A stretch of 64,000 nucleotides of DNA from the NCBI GenBank assembly GCA_976226885.1, contig OZ320315.1, positions 66,836,001-66,900,000 of the forward strand. Direction: 5' to 3'. Shown one piece after another: positions 49,697 through 61,547 of the stretch (position 1 is its first letter; the number at the start of each line of letters is the position of its first letter). The position numbers and the translations under genes are program-made. The notes under the pieces were generated by a model. The model was not told where the DNA came from and did not search any database. It saw only the letters and a list, made by a program, of their open reading frames with translations. This stretch comes from Iphione sp. A-MEVVRFRX5 (taxonomy: Eukaryota).

Positions 49697-50006
49697 GCGC
49701 TACCACCTGGGAATTAGATCCCAGAGCTCCATCACTGGAGGTACCCCCCTGTTGGAATTTTTATGAACAAGCATTTTCATTGGTCAGGGTGCCATCCTGT
49801 GATATCCCATAATGTCAGGTTTGTACAGATATGCATTATTTTTCGAAGATAACCATCAATGTGTGAAGTGTGGTTGTACCCACTTCTAGAAATATGTTTG
49901 AAATTGAAAAATTATTCATTTCATTGAAAAGTGGGTTATAGGTCTCAGCACACAGTATTGACTAATGGGTTCCTGGTGGTTTCGACTGGATTGTCTCCTC
50001 AGGCGC
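49697..50006 (-). ncRNA. Type I hammerhead ribozyme with an extended loop III (upstream pLTR)
   Basis: Same core and stems as the downstream copy, offset by 5410 bp. Predicted cleavage between 49701 and 49700, 206 nt upstream of the first ATG. Confidence 0.8.
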
Positions 50007-50021
50007 TAGTTTTAAATATAA

Positions 50022-50546
50022 ATGATACGCAACAAAAATCTATCCGACATGCTCACCCGCGCCAAACTCCCAGAATCAAATCCCATCAAAGATATCAGAA
50101 GCAAAACGACAAACAAATGTCGCACACCACTAAAATGTAACATATGCCCTCAGCTAAACACTAGCGGCAAAACATTTGCCAGCGGCTTGGGACACACAAT
50201 CCCCACATACCGCAACGTGACATGTCGCAGTAATAATCTAGTGTATCTTATCACTTGCAGAAATTGTGGCATACAATACGTAGGCCAAACTCAGAACACA
50301 CTCAGTGAAAGATTCACTGGACACCGACATAACATCAGACATCGCAAAGACACCACTGTGGGAAACCACTACAATGTCTGCCCAACACCAAACCCAGCCG
50401 GTTGGAAAGGTTGCAGTATCTCCATACTGGAATTCTTTAAAACCCCACGCACCACTGCCTATAGGCAGGACCGCGAACGACTCGAGCGAAGATGGATACA
50501 TCGCCTCAAGACGGTTATCCCTAGTGGCCTGAACTTAATGGACTAA
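50022..50546 (+). CDS. Stand-alone Zn-linker plus GIY-YIG ORF created by the inversion junction
   Basis: An ATG at 50022 from the antisense pLTR is fused in frame to the inverted copy of the PLE C-terminus (174 aa; 2 substitutions seen versus the parent ORF). No evidence of expression; weak start context. Confidence 0.4.
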   Translation: MIRNKNLSDMLTRAKLPESNPIKDIRSKTTNKCRTPLKCNICPQLNTSGKTFASGLGHTIPTYRNVTCRSNNLVYLITCRNCGIQYVGQTQNTLSERFTGHRHNIRHRKDTTVGNHYNVCPTPNPAGWKGCSISILEFFKTPRTTAYRQDRERLERRWIHRLKTVIPSGLNLMD

Positions 50547-50585
50547 TCCAGAGCACCCCCTCCGACCACCCGCTCGTACACCCTT

Positions 50586-50747
50586 GGCCTAAAAGAGAGA
50601 AATTTAGGTATTGTCCTCAGTACATTTTCCAAAATATTTGGCAGAATTTGTCCATTGAACAATCACACTACCCTTACCTGGCAATGAGAGCACTAAGGAA
50701 AAGAATACAACGTAACAGTAAAGTAGTTTGCAACTACTATGTACCAT
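50586..50747 (+). pseudogene. 3-prime remainder of the interrupted CR1/L2-like LINE
   Basis: Removing the PLE and one TSD copy gives RKRKIKITWPKRE|KFRYCPQYIFQNIWQNLSIEQ...YYVP*, matching the F-x-Y...W-x-x-L C-terminal pattern of this LINE group. Confidence 0.8.
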
Positions 50748-52790
50748 GAATTCTAATGAACTGTGACCTCTGTGGATAGTTAATATGTACTGTAATGATG
50801 CGTTATTTCACTATGATTTATCTGCCTCGGATGTGACCCTTTGAGCAACAAAGATAGATATATAACTGAAGCTGACTATAATATTCTGTGTTATCTATTT
50901 GTATTAGCAGGAAGACCACATAAACCTCGAAATCTATTATAAACACAGATAAAAATTAACTGGATGTGATCTGCTATAGAGAAACCTTATATATTATAGA
51001 AATATAGTATTAATGTTGGAGTATAATGTGACACTGTTAAGAAGCGGGAGCTAAATGACTCAACAGTCAGGATGTGATCCATGCACTGCAGGTATATATG
51101 GATAATATTAAGAATTCAAAATTACATGGATTATGCACAGGATTTGATCCTACTTAACAAGTAAATGTATTGTGAATAGAATGAACGATGGATAATCATA
51201 ATGATAATTAGGATGTGATAATGCATATGATTATTATTCAGACAACAATAATATCTAGACAGGTATGATGAATATGCTAGAGAGTTATATCCCGTCAGAT
51301 AAGCATCCGCTGGTTGCGAATACAAGACATTCTATGATTTGACCAGTTGAAATAAAGTTCTATATATAATTTCACGCACATGGACACCAAAACACAGTAG
51401 TATACCACAGATATTCTTAGAATCAGGTAAAAATGTCATTAAAACCAAGTTACCATAAAACCAATAATTACCACAGATTTTTGCACATTTCCACACGAAT
51501 TCATCTGTGTGGTTATTGTTCTCATGATTGTCGCTATTTCTCAAGGCTTTTAGCATCAAATTCATCCTTTTTCATCCATCTATCATAGAACTAAAATAGA
51601 TTTCATGAAACCTAAACGCATGCTCAAAAGACATCCCTTTCCATTGGTATCTGTGAATCTGCATGACAGAAGAAATGCATGTTGACAGACCCAGACTTGT
51701 GATAGCTTGAAGGATACCAACGCAGGTAAAGAAACCTAGCCTAAGGCACAAGTCTCATTCCAAATACGGCTACAGGGCCAAGTTTGGGATACCTGATACA
51801 TTCCTTTGTAATTGCTTTACAACCAACTCTTACTACTGATCTATTATTATAGATTCACTTGATCATGACTGTGCTGGTCCCCACTTCATGACTTTGCCTG
51901 TCCCCAGTTATTTAGACTTGTACATACTTAAATATATATATATAAATATGAATTATAAATATTATTTAAATACAAAGATAAGTGTTGGTCGTATGGTATA
52001 TAATATGAATTTGATTTTAATCCTGGATTTGTGCTTGTGTTTACAACCTGTTATAAAACATGTGTACCACGCCTATAGCCAAGGGGGTATCGGAGGTATT
52101 ATCCAATACCCCCCCCCACACACACACACACACAAGAATTAATGCCTAAACAGGTATGTGTAGGGGCGGTTGCCATGAATTCCATCTCTGATTCACTGGG
52201 GGTATCATCTGATACCCCTCACAAAGCTTCCTGGCTATGTACCAGTGTACCTACCATCATCTTTTTGATTGGATAGAGGGGTCCGCACAGCTCGCCTTTG
52301 GTGGTCACAGCTAAGAGAACTTTTGCATCCAATGTAGAGTGTACGGTAAAAAATTATTTTGATTACGTTCCCAGGATCTGACATGCCTAGTTATCATGCC
52401 AAGATCGTGGTTTTACCTTTCATTTCTGTCCTTTTTATCAGCTTTTATCATCAAAGCTGTCCTTTTTTTAATACTTATACACCTCAGGATTCCTGCTAGT
52501 ACCCTGTTGGGGAAGTTACAGGAGGCTGCGGGGGAAAAATAATCGCACGGTGATGCAGCCGGACACCCCAAGCAGTCTCCCGCACCTCAACGCAGGTATA
52601 GAAATACGTATTTCTAACTATAAATGGTACTATTTTATTGTTAATCTTCCTACTACTTTTATATTAGCGTCTTTACATACATCTATATACAATCATGCAT
52701 TTATTGGTTCGTGTGTGTTTATCTCCTACTAACGTCTGTCTCTTCTTTCCTCATTTGACCTGTCTGTCTTTCTCTGTCTGCCTGTCTGTA

Positions 52791-52870
<80 letters not shown>

Positions 52871-54803
52871 AGAGCGTTACCGTGTGATATTTCCTACCTG
52901 TTTGGTCGATCCAATTTCTCCGCATTCGGAAGAAATTCCTGTCATAACATTCTCTATGATATATCTTTTTTATTCCTTTGACCTCAATACTAGTACCACA
53001 ACCGCAGAAAATGTAGATGATATGCATGGTTGATGGACACTGACAACCACGCCCCGATAGGTTGACGCGTAAATGAACAAAAGCGCAATCCTACTAAACC
53101 AAATCACTCAATATTTCAAATCAAACAATAGGTATTCTCAGCTGCTCCTAATCGCACAATCCCATTACATTTTGTCCGGTAGGATACCGCAGTTTATCAA
53201 CCAGATTAAAATCGCTGTATCTTCCCGGGTTTCTGGATTATTCATGAATATTGTAGAATAACTGTGAAGCCAACAAGTAGATATAAACTCCGGAATAATG
53301 GCTGTCACGTCACGGCCTGACTCAATCCTGTGTGAAAATGTACAAGTTTGAGTTTTTTGTGTGTAAATGCACAAATGTTAAGTTCTAAGCAGTTTCCTTG
53401 GTTAAGTTCAAATTGTTAGACATACTAAGACTTGATTCCTTCAATTGAGGGTCTATGCACTACATGTTTATCGCAAATAACTACTGGAATAGCCTATAGA
53501 TGATGTCAGAATTTTAAGAAATCACGTGTTTATTTTTCTGATCTATAGTCTCTAGACAATCTTAAAACAACTTCAAGCTCGTGTTGCTGCACAGCACTGA
53601 TTCCATTCTGATTGCAATGGCTTTTAGACACCGTGATTTACTGTGAACTGGATTCTTTTAAAACTTCACAGTGCAAAGATCACCAACACAGATGTGATGT
53701 TTCTAAATTTAAATTACTTATTTATAGGCAATATTATTTTGGTACATTATATTATAAACACACGGTGTTCATGGTACATTCAACGTCGAGGCGAATGTCA
53801 TAAGTGCCGCAGAGAATACGGCCATTTGGGACCGTAGGGTCAACTACGATGTGGTTTATATATAGAATCCATGAGATACGTCATGTAGAAGGTCCATTAA
53901 GCCTTTTTTGTATGCCACATTTTTCCACTAATGCGACTTTTTAGCAGAAAGGGCAACCCTACTGAGAAAGAAAGCACATTTACTAGACACAGGTATGTAT
54001 ATTTTTTAAAAAATGCTCAGGCGGGAGGGCAACCATCAACTGCCTGGTTATTCCAGGGGTCACAGTAGGAGGGCTTTTTCTGAACATTCAGTGTGTATCC
54101 TTTGCAATTCGCAACTTTTACTACAACACTGGGTAACCTCTGTAAACTACATGTCACACGGTTAGACTTCACATTTTTTCTCTCTTACCAAGTTATGACA
54201 TGTCCTATTTCTGGGGTATCTACTGACAAACGCGTCACTGATGAAAACTAATTGACCATCTTAGGATAAAATGACAGAGAGCAAGAAATAGGGATACATG
54301 CACCTAGTCTATGTTAGAAGAGAAAGAGAACGTTTAGATTACAGCGTACACATGTCCATGGATGCATACATACATACCGACCCGGGATACCGACCTACAC
54401 ATATAGTGTATGCATAATACATTTATGTATGCAGGAGAGAGAGGAAGAAAGAGGGGAGACCGGAGGATAGAGACAGACGGGCAGAATGAGACAGGCAAAT
54501 AGGGTGAGAGAATAGTAAATGTGGATCACTGCAGTGGCCTACACTTCAAATGAGATGCGATAAAAAAACTACAATGCTATGCCATTTAATACTTAAACTC
54601 ATTGCAAAAGAACAATAGGTTGTTTTTGGCACAACTGGGTGGTATTGCGCATCCGAATCCTCTCAATGTGTTGACTCTGTTATCATTCGTCGATCAAACA
54701 TTAGCACCGGAACCTGGCCCGCTGAGAGGTGACTCCTTGGGGAGTTCAATACAATGATCACCTCTTCAAGTCCAACTAGCAAATGAATTTTTGCAAATGA
54801 TAC

Positions 54804-54980
54804 NNNNNNNNNNNNNNNNNNNNNNNNNNNNNNNNNNNNNNNNNNNNNNNNNNNNNNNNNNNNNNNNNNNNNNNNNNNNNNNNNNNNNNNNNNNNNNNNN
54901 NNNNNNNNNNNNNNNNNNNNNNNNNNNNNNNNNNNNNNNNNNNNNNNNNNNNNNNNNNNNNNNNNNNNNNNNNNNNNNNN
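54804..54980. other. Assembly gap (177 N)
   Basis: Run of n read directly. Confidence 1.
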
Positions 54981-56749
54981 AGACACACAGTTAACAATTT
55001 TAGGAGAGAAATGTTTAGAGAAACTGATCGATTCTTTCTCCTTACCTACCAGCCCACCCGTCCATCTACTTACTCCCCACCTACCTACCTATCTTCCTAC
55101 ATATCTACATGTGCACATACATAATATACATATATTCATACAATACAGGCAGATATACAACGGAGAAAACGATTTTAAACTATCACTTGAAAACCAGAGA
55201 AACCCTATGAAAACATCCTGACAGTTTGCACGTCGAAGCGCCTAGAACTATGGTAACTACCTACGCGAAGTCCTATGTGACAACCATGGTCGCCGGACTC
55301 ACTTTCCATGTACGTGGAAATAGCTATCATTTCAGAGACGATCGAACAAAATAAGCAAGAGAAAAAGACAAATGAAAACAATACATATCCAACCACAAAA
55401 AAAGGCTTGAACAGCTGACTGAGAGGCCGGAATGGCGCTCGATGCGACGCAGTCTGGTGCGGCTGTAAACATGCCGGGGATCATATTGGACACTGGCTCA
55501 TTTACGGCATCATGCTTTGGTGCGTCGTTAGCGACAGTGCGGTAGGAGCGAATGTTTTTGGTATTTGAATGGCACATGTACCTTACTCAAATGACCCTTT
55601 CAGATAAAATGTATTGTTGCTTCGGTGCAAGTTGACTGTGACAACAGAATGTGATAAAAAGAAAACATGACGCACGATGATTGTGATATAACAAGAAGCA
55701 ATGTACATGTATAAAGTATAAACTGTACACGTGGCACAGAGGGTGTGTCCGTGGAAGCTTCTTGAATTGGGGCAGTGAAATGTATGGTATGCATTGTATA
55801 GAAAAAAATTCCTTACCTCTGTTGTTACCTTCTCCTTTCAGCTTGCCAACCAACTCCTACACTCGTATGATTCCTTGAGATTACGCGGCATGCAACACAA
55901 TGTTCGAAACACATTTATAACAAAGCGGCGTTCCTTCCTTCAGCGCCGAATTTATCACTCAGAATGTCATGACTTGCGAAATATGCCAAGCTATTATGCT
56001 CCCCACATAGATACTTCGATAGTTTCCGTTAGACTGACTGCTGAAATGTCGGCGGTTTCCGATGGTTTAACAGCGTGAAGCCCGAAAAGTGTGAAGTCGG
56101 TGATCCGCATGTGGCAAATATCGTCAGCTTTGTGGTAGTGCAGAGTATTGGCGGGAAGAGCACCTTTTAAAGCAGCAGCTGCTCCATGCCTTCCATGGCA
56201 GCACACTGCCACTTTTCTGTGTGGTTAAATTATTGTGTTCTATGCAACAACTTGCTTTGCCTTGTCCAAACAATGTAGACGTTGTGACTAATAAGGTTTT
56301 ATCAACGCTGTCAGATCCTCTAACTTATTAACTCATTGCTCCTCTAACCCGTCCTTCGAAATACTATTGTAAATGTGATCAGCTATATGTTTTAATAGGT
56401 TTTTAAAAATAGTCAATTCCCATAGAGGGAAACTAATGGGTGCCATGTGATTCTGAAGGGCAGCACTTGCCACCATGTCCACGCCCTCTATGATTCAGGA
56501 TTGAACCTTATCTGTCCGTGAGTTTCATTTTACTCAGCTGGGAATGATACATGCACCAGACAGAATCCATGGAAAATCTATAGATGATGCGCTCAAATGA
56601 ACTGACTCTAAATAGAAAGCTTAAGTGAAAATCACTCAACAATGGTAATATGTACATGTAACGCTTAAGTTAGAATGACTCAAAAAAGAACAGAAATTCA
56701 CTGAATTTCACAATCTGTACTTTGACTCAAAGTGGAGCAGAATGCCTAA

Positions 56750-57376
56750 GGCCTGGTGTCCATACCTGCATTCGTCTCCATGTGCATTTCTGTGCATTTT
56801 ATACTGGCACAATTATTTCAATAAAGGGTGTACTTCGACTGTGGGAGGCATCCATGTGCGTTTGCCTGCATTTAGCTGTTTTTGCTTGCATTGCCAGTTA
56901 GTGGTACATGCAAATTACACACACACATGCACACATGCACAGCAATGCACTGCTATTTCTTCATATTTCTTCACTTTTCATTATGATTTATGCACATATC
57001 TACGCATGTCTGCACATTTGGGTCATTTTCCACACTTTTTCTAATCACTTTCACCATTTTTGCAGCCTTTAGCATCATTTCTGTCCTTTTTTTCAACATT
57101 TTTCATGTACTTTTCACTGTTTTTCACAGCCTTAATCATCATGTCTGTCCTTTTTATCATTTCTCTTATCATTTTTGCTTTTTTGATGGCTGTTAGCATC
57201 AAATCTGTCCTTTTCTCTCATTTTCCCATCATTTTACACACACAAATTTACTGTGAACAAGGACACCCCTGTGTGTGATGGTGTGGGAGAAGGAAACTAG
57301 GCCTAAAACGCATGTTAACACACATGGAAGGCAAATGTAGGGTAAAGAATGTAAATGCAGGCATGGAAACCAGGCC
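56750..57376. mobile_element. PIF/Harbinger-type MITE, 23-bp TIR, TAA TSD
   Basis: TAA|GGCCTGGTGTCCATACCTGCATT ... AATGCAGGCATGGAAACCAGGCC|TAA (21/23 match). Degenerate tttt(c/a)atcat internal repeats; an extra ggaaactaggcctaa terminus near 57294-57306. Confidence 0.85.
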
Positions 57377-58253
57377 TAACACACATACACGAATACTAGA
57401 TCATCATCTGTGAACTCTTCTATAACAGATTATTGAGATGAACAAAAAATCATAGATTATGCTGTCTTTAGAACGAAGTCATGCAATGATTACCTTTACG
57501 CACAGAAAGTAAATCTTGCCCAGGGACAATAAATGTGCCTACATGAATAAGACTCTCGATAGATAAGCTGGGTAAAGCTACTGAAGCTAAGGCGCCCAAA
57601 AATGGATGTGTTTCTGGTTACCCCCACCCACTCACCCCCCATCTAGGAAAACCTCATCCTACCTTTAAAAAATGTTTGCGTCAAAGAGTCGCTGATGCAA
57701 AACTTAGGTAAGATAGATGAAGAAGGAAATACACAAGGTCAATAACAGATAGATTTTAAATCTTAACATTTAATAAAGCAATGGGAATTATTTGTGCAGA
57801 GTATAATTAATTATTTTTAGCTTATTCTAGAGAGATGAGCTGTCAGGGCCCCATGGTTGATGTAGTAGATAAAGTCCGAGTCAAGACAATTACATGATAA
57901 AATGTCCGAGCAGGCAAGGACATTATAGAGTGTATTTTCTTGACAAGGACTTTATCTAACCACCCCCAATTACAGCTGAATGATCTGCCAACCCAGTCAA
58001 GAGGATTAGGCCCACTGAGTCGATAGACCAGGTGGTTTTCATGCACACACCTAAACTACCTCACCCTGAACTGAGCGATTTGCTGACCCAGTCAATGTAA
58101 CAATGTAAGAGACAATGTAGGAACTTCGTTCAAGTGCCCCCTTCCCATTTTCGAAGGTTTGGGTCTGTTATAATTGTGAAAAAAGAAAGAAATTTGAAAA
58201 AGAAGAAAGGGGGGGATGGGGGGTCTCCCCCTACATTAATGAAAGGAAAAAGG

Positions 58254-58450
58254 AATATTCCTGGAGGTCCTGCTAAAGATGCATTTAATTTATGAAAAAA
58301 TGGCAAATATTCCCGGAGGTACTGCTAAACGTGTATTTAATTCATAAGAAGTGGCAAATATTACTACAGGTTTGACTAAAGATGCACCAAATTTATGAAA
58401 AAATGGCAAATATTTCCAGAGGTCATGCTAAAGATGCATTTAATTAATGA
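58254..58450 (+). repeat. 52-bp tandem repeat, about 4 copies
   Basis: aatattcctggaggtcctgctaaagatgcatttaatttatgaaaaaatggca starts at 58254, recurs at 58306 and twice more with divergence. Confidence 0.9.
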
Positions 58451-59716
58451 AAATATTGGGAAAAAGGGGCATGTGGTGGGTCTCCCCTTGCATTAACAAA
58501 TTTATGAAAATATGTTTTAATGAAAAGTGAAAGGTCTAACAATAGTTGAACTTAGACCCTACAAACACCTCGTTTTGGCAGTGTATGAGAGTGAGGGAGG
58601 CATGTGTTCCGTGTGCACTCAGTCGCTGTTCACATTGATGAGACCACTGGACACCCAGAACAGACCTGTGTGGGTTCGAGTCCCCTCACAGCCCAGACAC
58701 ATTTTAAACACAACAACCTAGCCCTTGCACTAACAGAGAACAACAATACAAATACGTAATATAAAGTACTCAAGAGGATGATAGGAACGAACAGACAAAC
58801 GGGTGGCAGGGATGGTTTAAATGATATTATTACCATTGTGATGGCCCAAATGCAGAAAGGAGCAAATGTCGCTCCGAGAAGTATTAGTCTTTGTACCCTA
58901 TGTGCAAGGTGTATAATTATAATGGGTATAAACCAACCAATGCAAGGCCTTATGGCAATAAAGAAATGAAAGATCCATCAATGTGTATCATTCTATGTCA
59001 TGGGTTATGACTTTCACAAGAGGGTGCACAAACTATTTGATTCAGCTTGCATTATATAAGAGCAAACCATTTACTTTTATGCAGTTGTTGCTTTTAAAGT
59101 GGTAAAACTTTACAACAGCTGGACTATCAAAGAAGAGAGATTAGATCTTTTTTTACTCTATGTCAAGATATGAATTAGAAAATAGTATCATTCAAATCTT
59201 ATTTTTGCCATTGCCTATTGGACTGTTCATGATAGAATGTTCATCTTTATAAATTAACTGTTTTACATTTTTACATTGTCTTTATCATTGCTGATAACCA
59301 GTGCAAAGAAACAAAAAAGAAAAAAAATCCCCTCTCCCCACCTAGGATTTGGGCTGGCTGTAACCAGAAACATACCTATTTTTTGGCCTTAATATAAATG
59401 GATTCTTTTCCAGAATCCTGTGAAAAATTACTGGCAATAAATTCCTGCCGTTCCTCAATGCATTAGAATTCAAGTGCAGATGGTATGAACGGTATGCTAT
59501 ATTAGCAGATTGTATTGTTCTTGAACTTCAGTTTCACTGATTTACAGATCTCGTATATATTGGTATCTGTGCGAAAAATCAGTTCCAAGTACATGTACAC
59601 TGTGTACCCATATTTTGTCCATTTCTTAGGAATTTCTCTTTCGTAGAGTGGTGAGTTTCACAAGGACTTTTTTCTTTTCTCTTTTCATGTACAGTAGACT
59701 CCGCCAGTAGACTCCG

Positions 59717-59760
<44 letters not shown>

Positions 59761-60734
59761 TTAAGAAAGTTCTAAAAGTGCTGAATTTGATGGGGAGAAG
59801 TCAAAAAAGGTTCTAAAAGTGCTCCATGTTAGGATCACTTGAGGGTCTCCTGTCACCTACAAAGGATCCAACAACAGGGGTCACTTGAGGCTCCAATGTC
59901 ACCTACAGAGTGGGTGACTGCCAAGTTTCCCATGCCAGAAAGCAGAAAGGCTCCAAAATCATGTGCAACCTGGGATTGAGTCTCTACTTTCATCTCCAAA
60001 AGGGGGCACCTGCTGACTTTTCACACCAGAATGGCTCCAAAAACGTGTGACCTGGGCTTGAGTCTCTACTTTCATCTCCAAATGGGGCGTCTGCTGACTT
60101 TTCGCCCCAGAAATGCTCGGACAACAGGGGCAACCTGGGCTTGAGGCTCCAATGTCAACTACAAAGCAGTGAGTGATCGCCCAATACAACCAGAAATCAT
60201 TGTTTCATACTGAAAATAGCTGTTATATTGGCCAAGTGGTGGCCCCTAGTGAGTGGTCACCATGGACAGCGTTTATCATATAGAGAAAGTACTGAAATTA
60301 GAATTGTTCTGGGATAAGCAGTCGCATTGGCCGAGGGGTTGCCATACCGAATGGTTGCAGGGTGAGAGTGTGCTGTACATGTACATTTCATAAACTGACA
60401 TGGATTTGCATGTCTGTACATATTAAAATGATTTGGATAACAGTAAAAATACATTTGTATGGAGTGTAACAGTATTTTCGCATTCAAACAAGATAATTCC
60501 TTTTTTTTCAGAAGGAACCGTTAACTTCAGTTGTAATTCAGGGGAGTTTAATACAACACCAAACCAGTAAGAAGTGTGCAAAGAGACATTGTTTTCTGAG
60601 TTACAAGCACCTTCGATACTTGTACTGCTTGCTTGTCTGGGGTTGGGGGTGGTAGTGCTAACACTACATAATATATAAAACACTGAGAGAGAGGGATAGA
60701 GAGAAAGGGGGGAGGGAGAGAGAGAGAAAGGCAG

Positions 60735-60774
<40 letters not shown>

Positions 60775-61547
60775 GGGGGCTGAAGGTAGTCCTGGCTCAT
60801 CGTTTACATTTGAAGGTCAAGGTCAAGTCATTGGTGTATTACTACACCCAACTAAAAAAGTAGTGCCATTATTATGCTGTACTTTCTTTTATATTCTCTC
60901 ACAAAATACATATTTGTCATCATCTTTCCTGAAGACATTTCCAAATACATGTGTAAATAAAATAAATAATGTCTATTTCTAAAATCACACCACTGAGATG
61001 AGATTTCACTAGGGATGGATTTCTTTTGAGTGCCATTTTTAATAGGGAGTGTAACAAAAGAATCAAATAGGTCTACTGTTGGTATTGCAATGAACTGCAC
61101 ATCATGGGATCAATGGAGAATCGGATTGGGGTCTATTCAGGACCAGCCTTACTACTGCTTCTAAGCCCAACAAAAGGAAGATAACGAAACAGATCACTGA
61201 TGAAAATGTTATAAACACCCACCAGAAGTACTCAGCTTTTGGCAGAAGGTCCTTGTGTCTGCAGTGTGTATTTAACACCTATTCATGAAGATGTTTGTAC
61301 AGGCGCAGATAGATGTATACCGATATATTAGTTTTTTTGACTGCTACAGTGCCCATCAGGGCAATATGCATGAATTGCTTGGTATATAAAGGTTTGTATA
61401 TAAATATGACAATTTAGTGTGATTCTGCCATTTGTGCATCAATGTTGTGAAGAAGTGGCAGATTTTATACAATTTGTGTTATTAAGTTTGTCCTATATAC
61501 ATGTGAAAAAGGGGCTAATTTAGTGTAATTTGTCCTATTTTTGTGTA

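Larger units (their letters stand above)
44263..50585 (-). mobile_element. Penelope-like retroelement (Neptune-type), near-intact, with direct pLTRs and an inverted partial copy
   Basis: RT plus GIY-YIG ORF. Direct repeats 44263-44618 and 49673-50028 (2 mismatches seen). Inverted copy 50028-50585 of 45318-44761. Flanking direct repeat cttggcctaaaagagag at 44248-44264 and 50583-50599. Confidence 0.97.

Noticed and set aside
53165-53330. Candidate minus-strand exon IESGRDVTAIIPEFISTCW...
   Set aside because: The acceptor is plausible but no family is recognised and the donor is weak; not supportable without expression data.
55842-56078. Candidate terminal exon after a strong pyrimidine-rich acceptor (LANQLLHSYDSLRLRGMQ...)
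   Set aside because: No homology recognised and no linked upstream exon could be established; the nearby assembly gap prevents a model.
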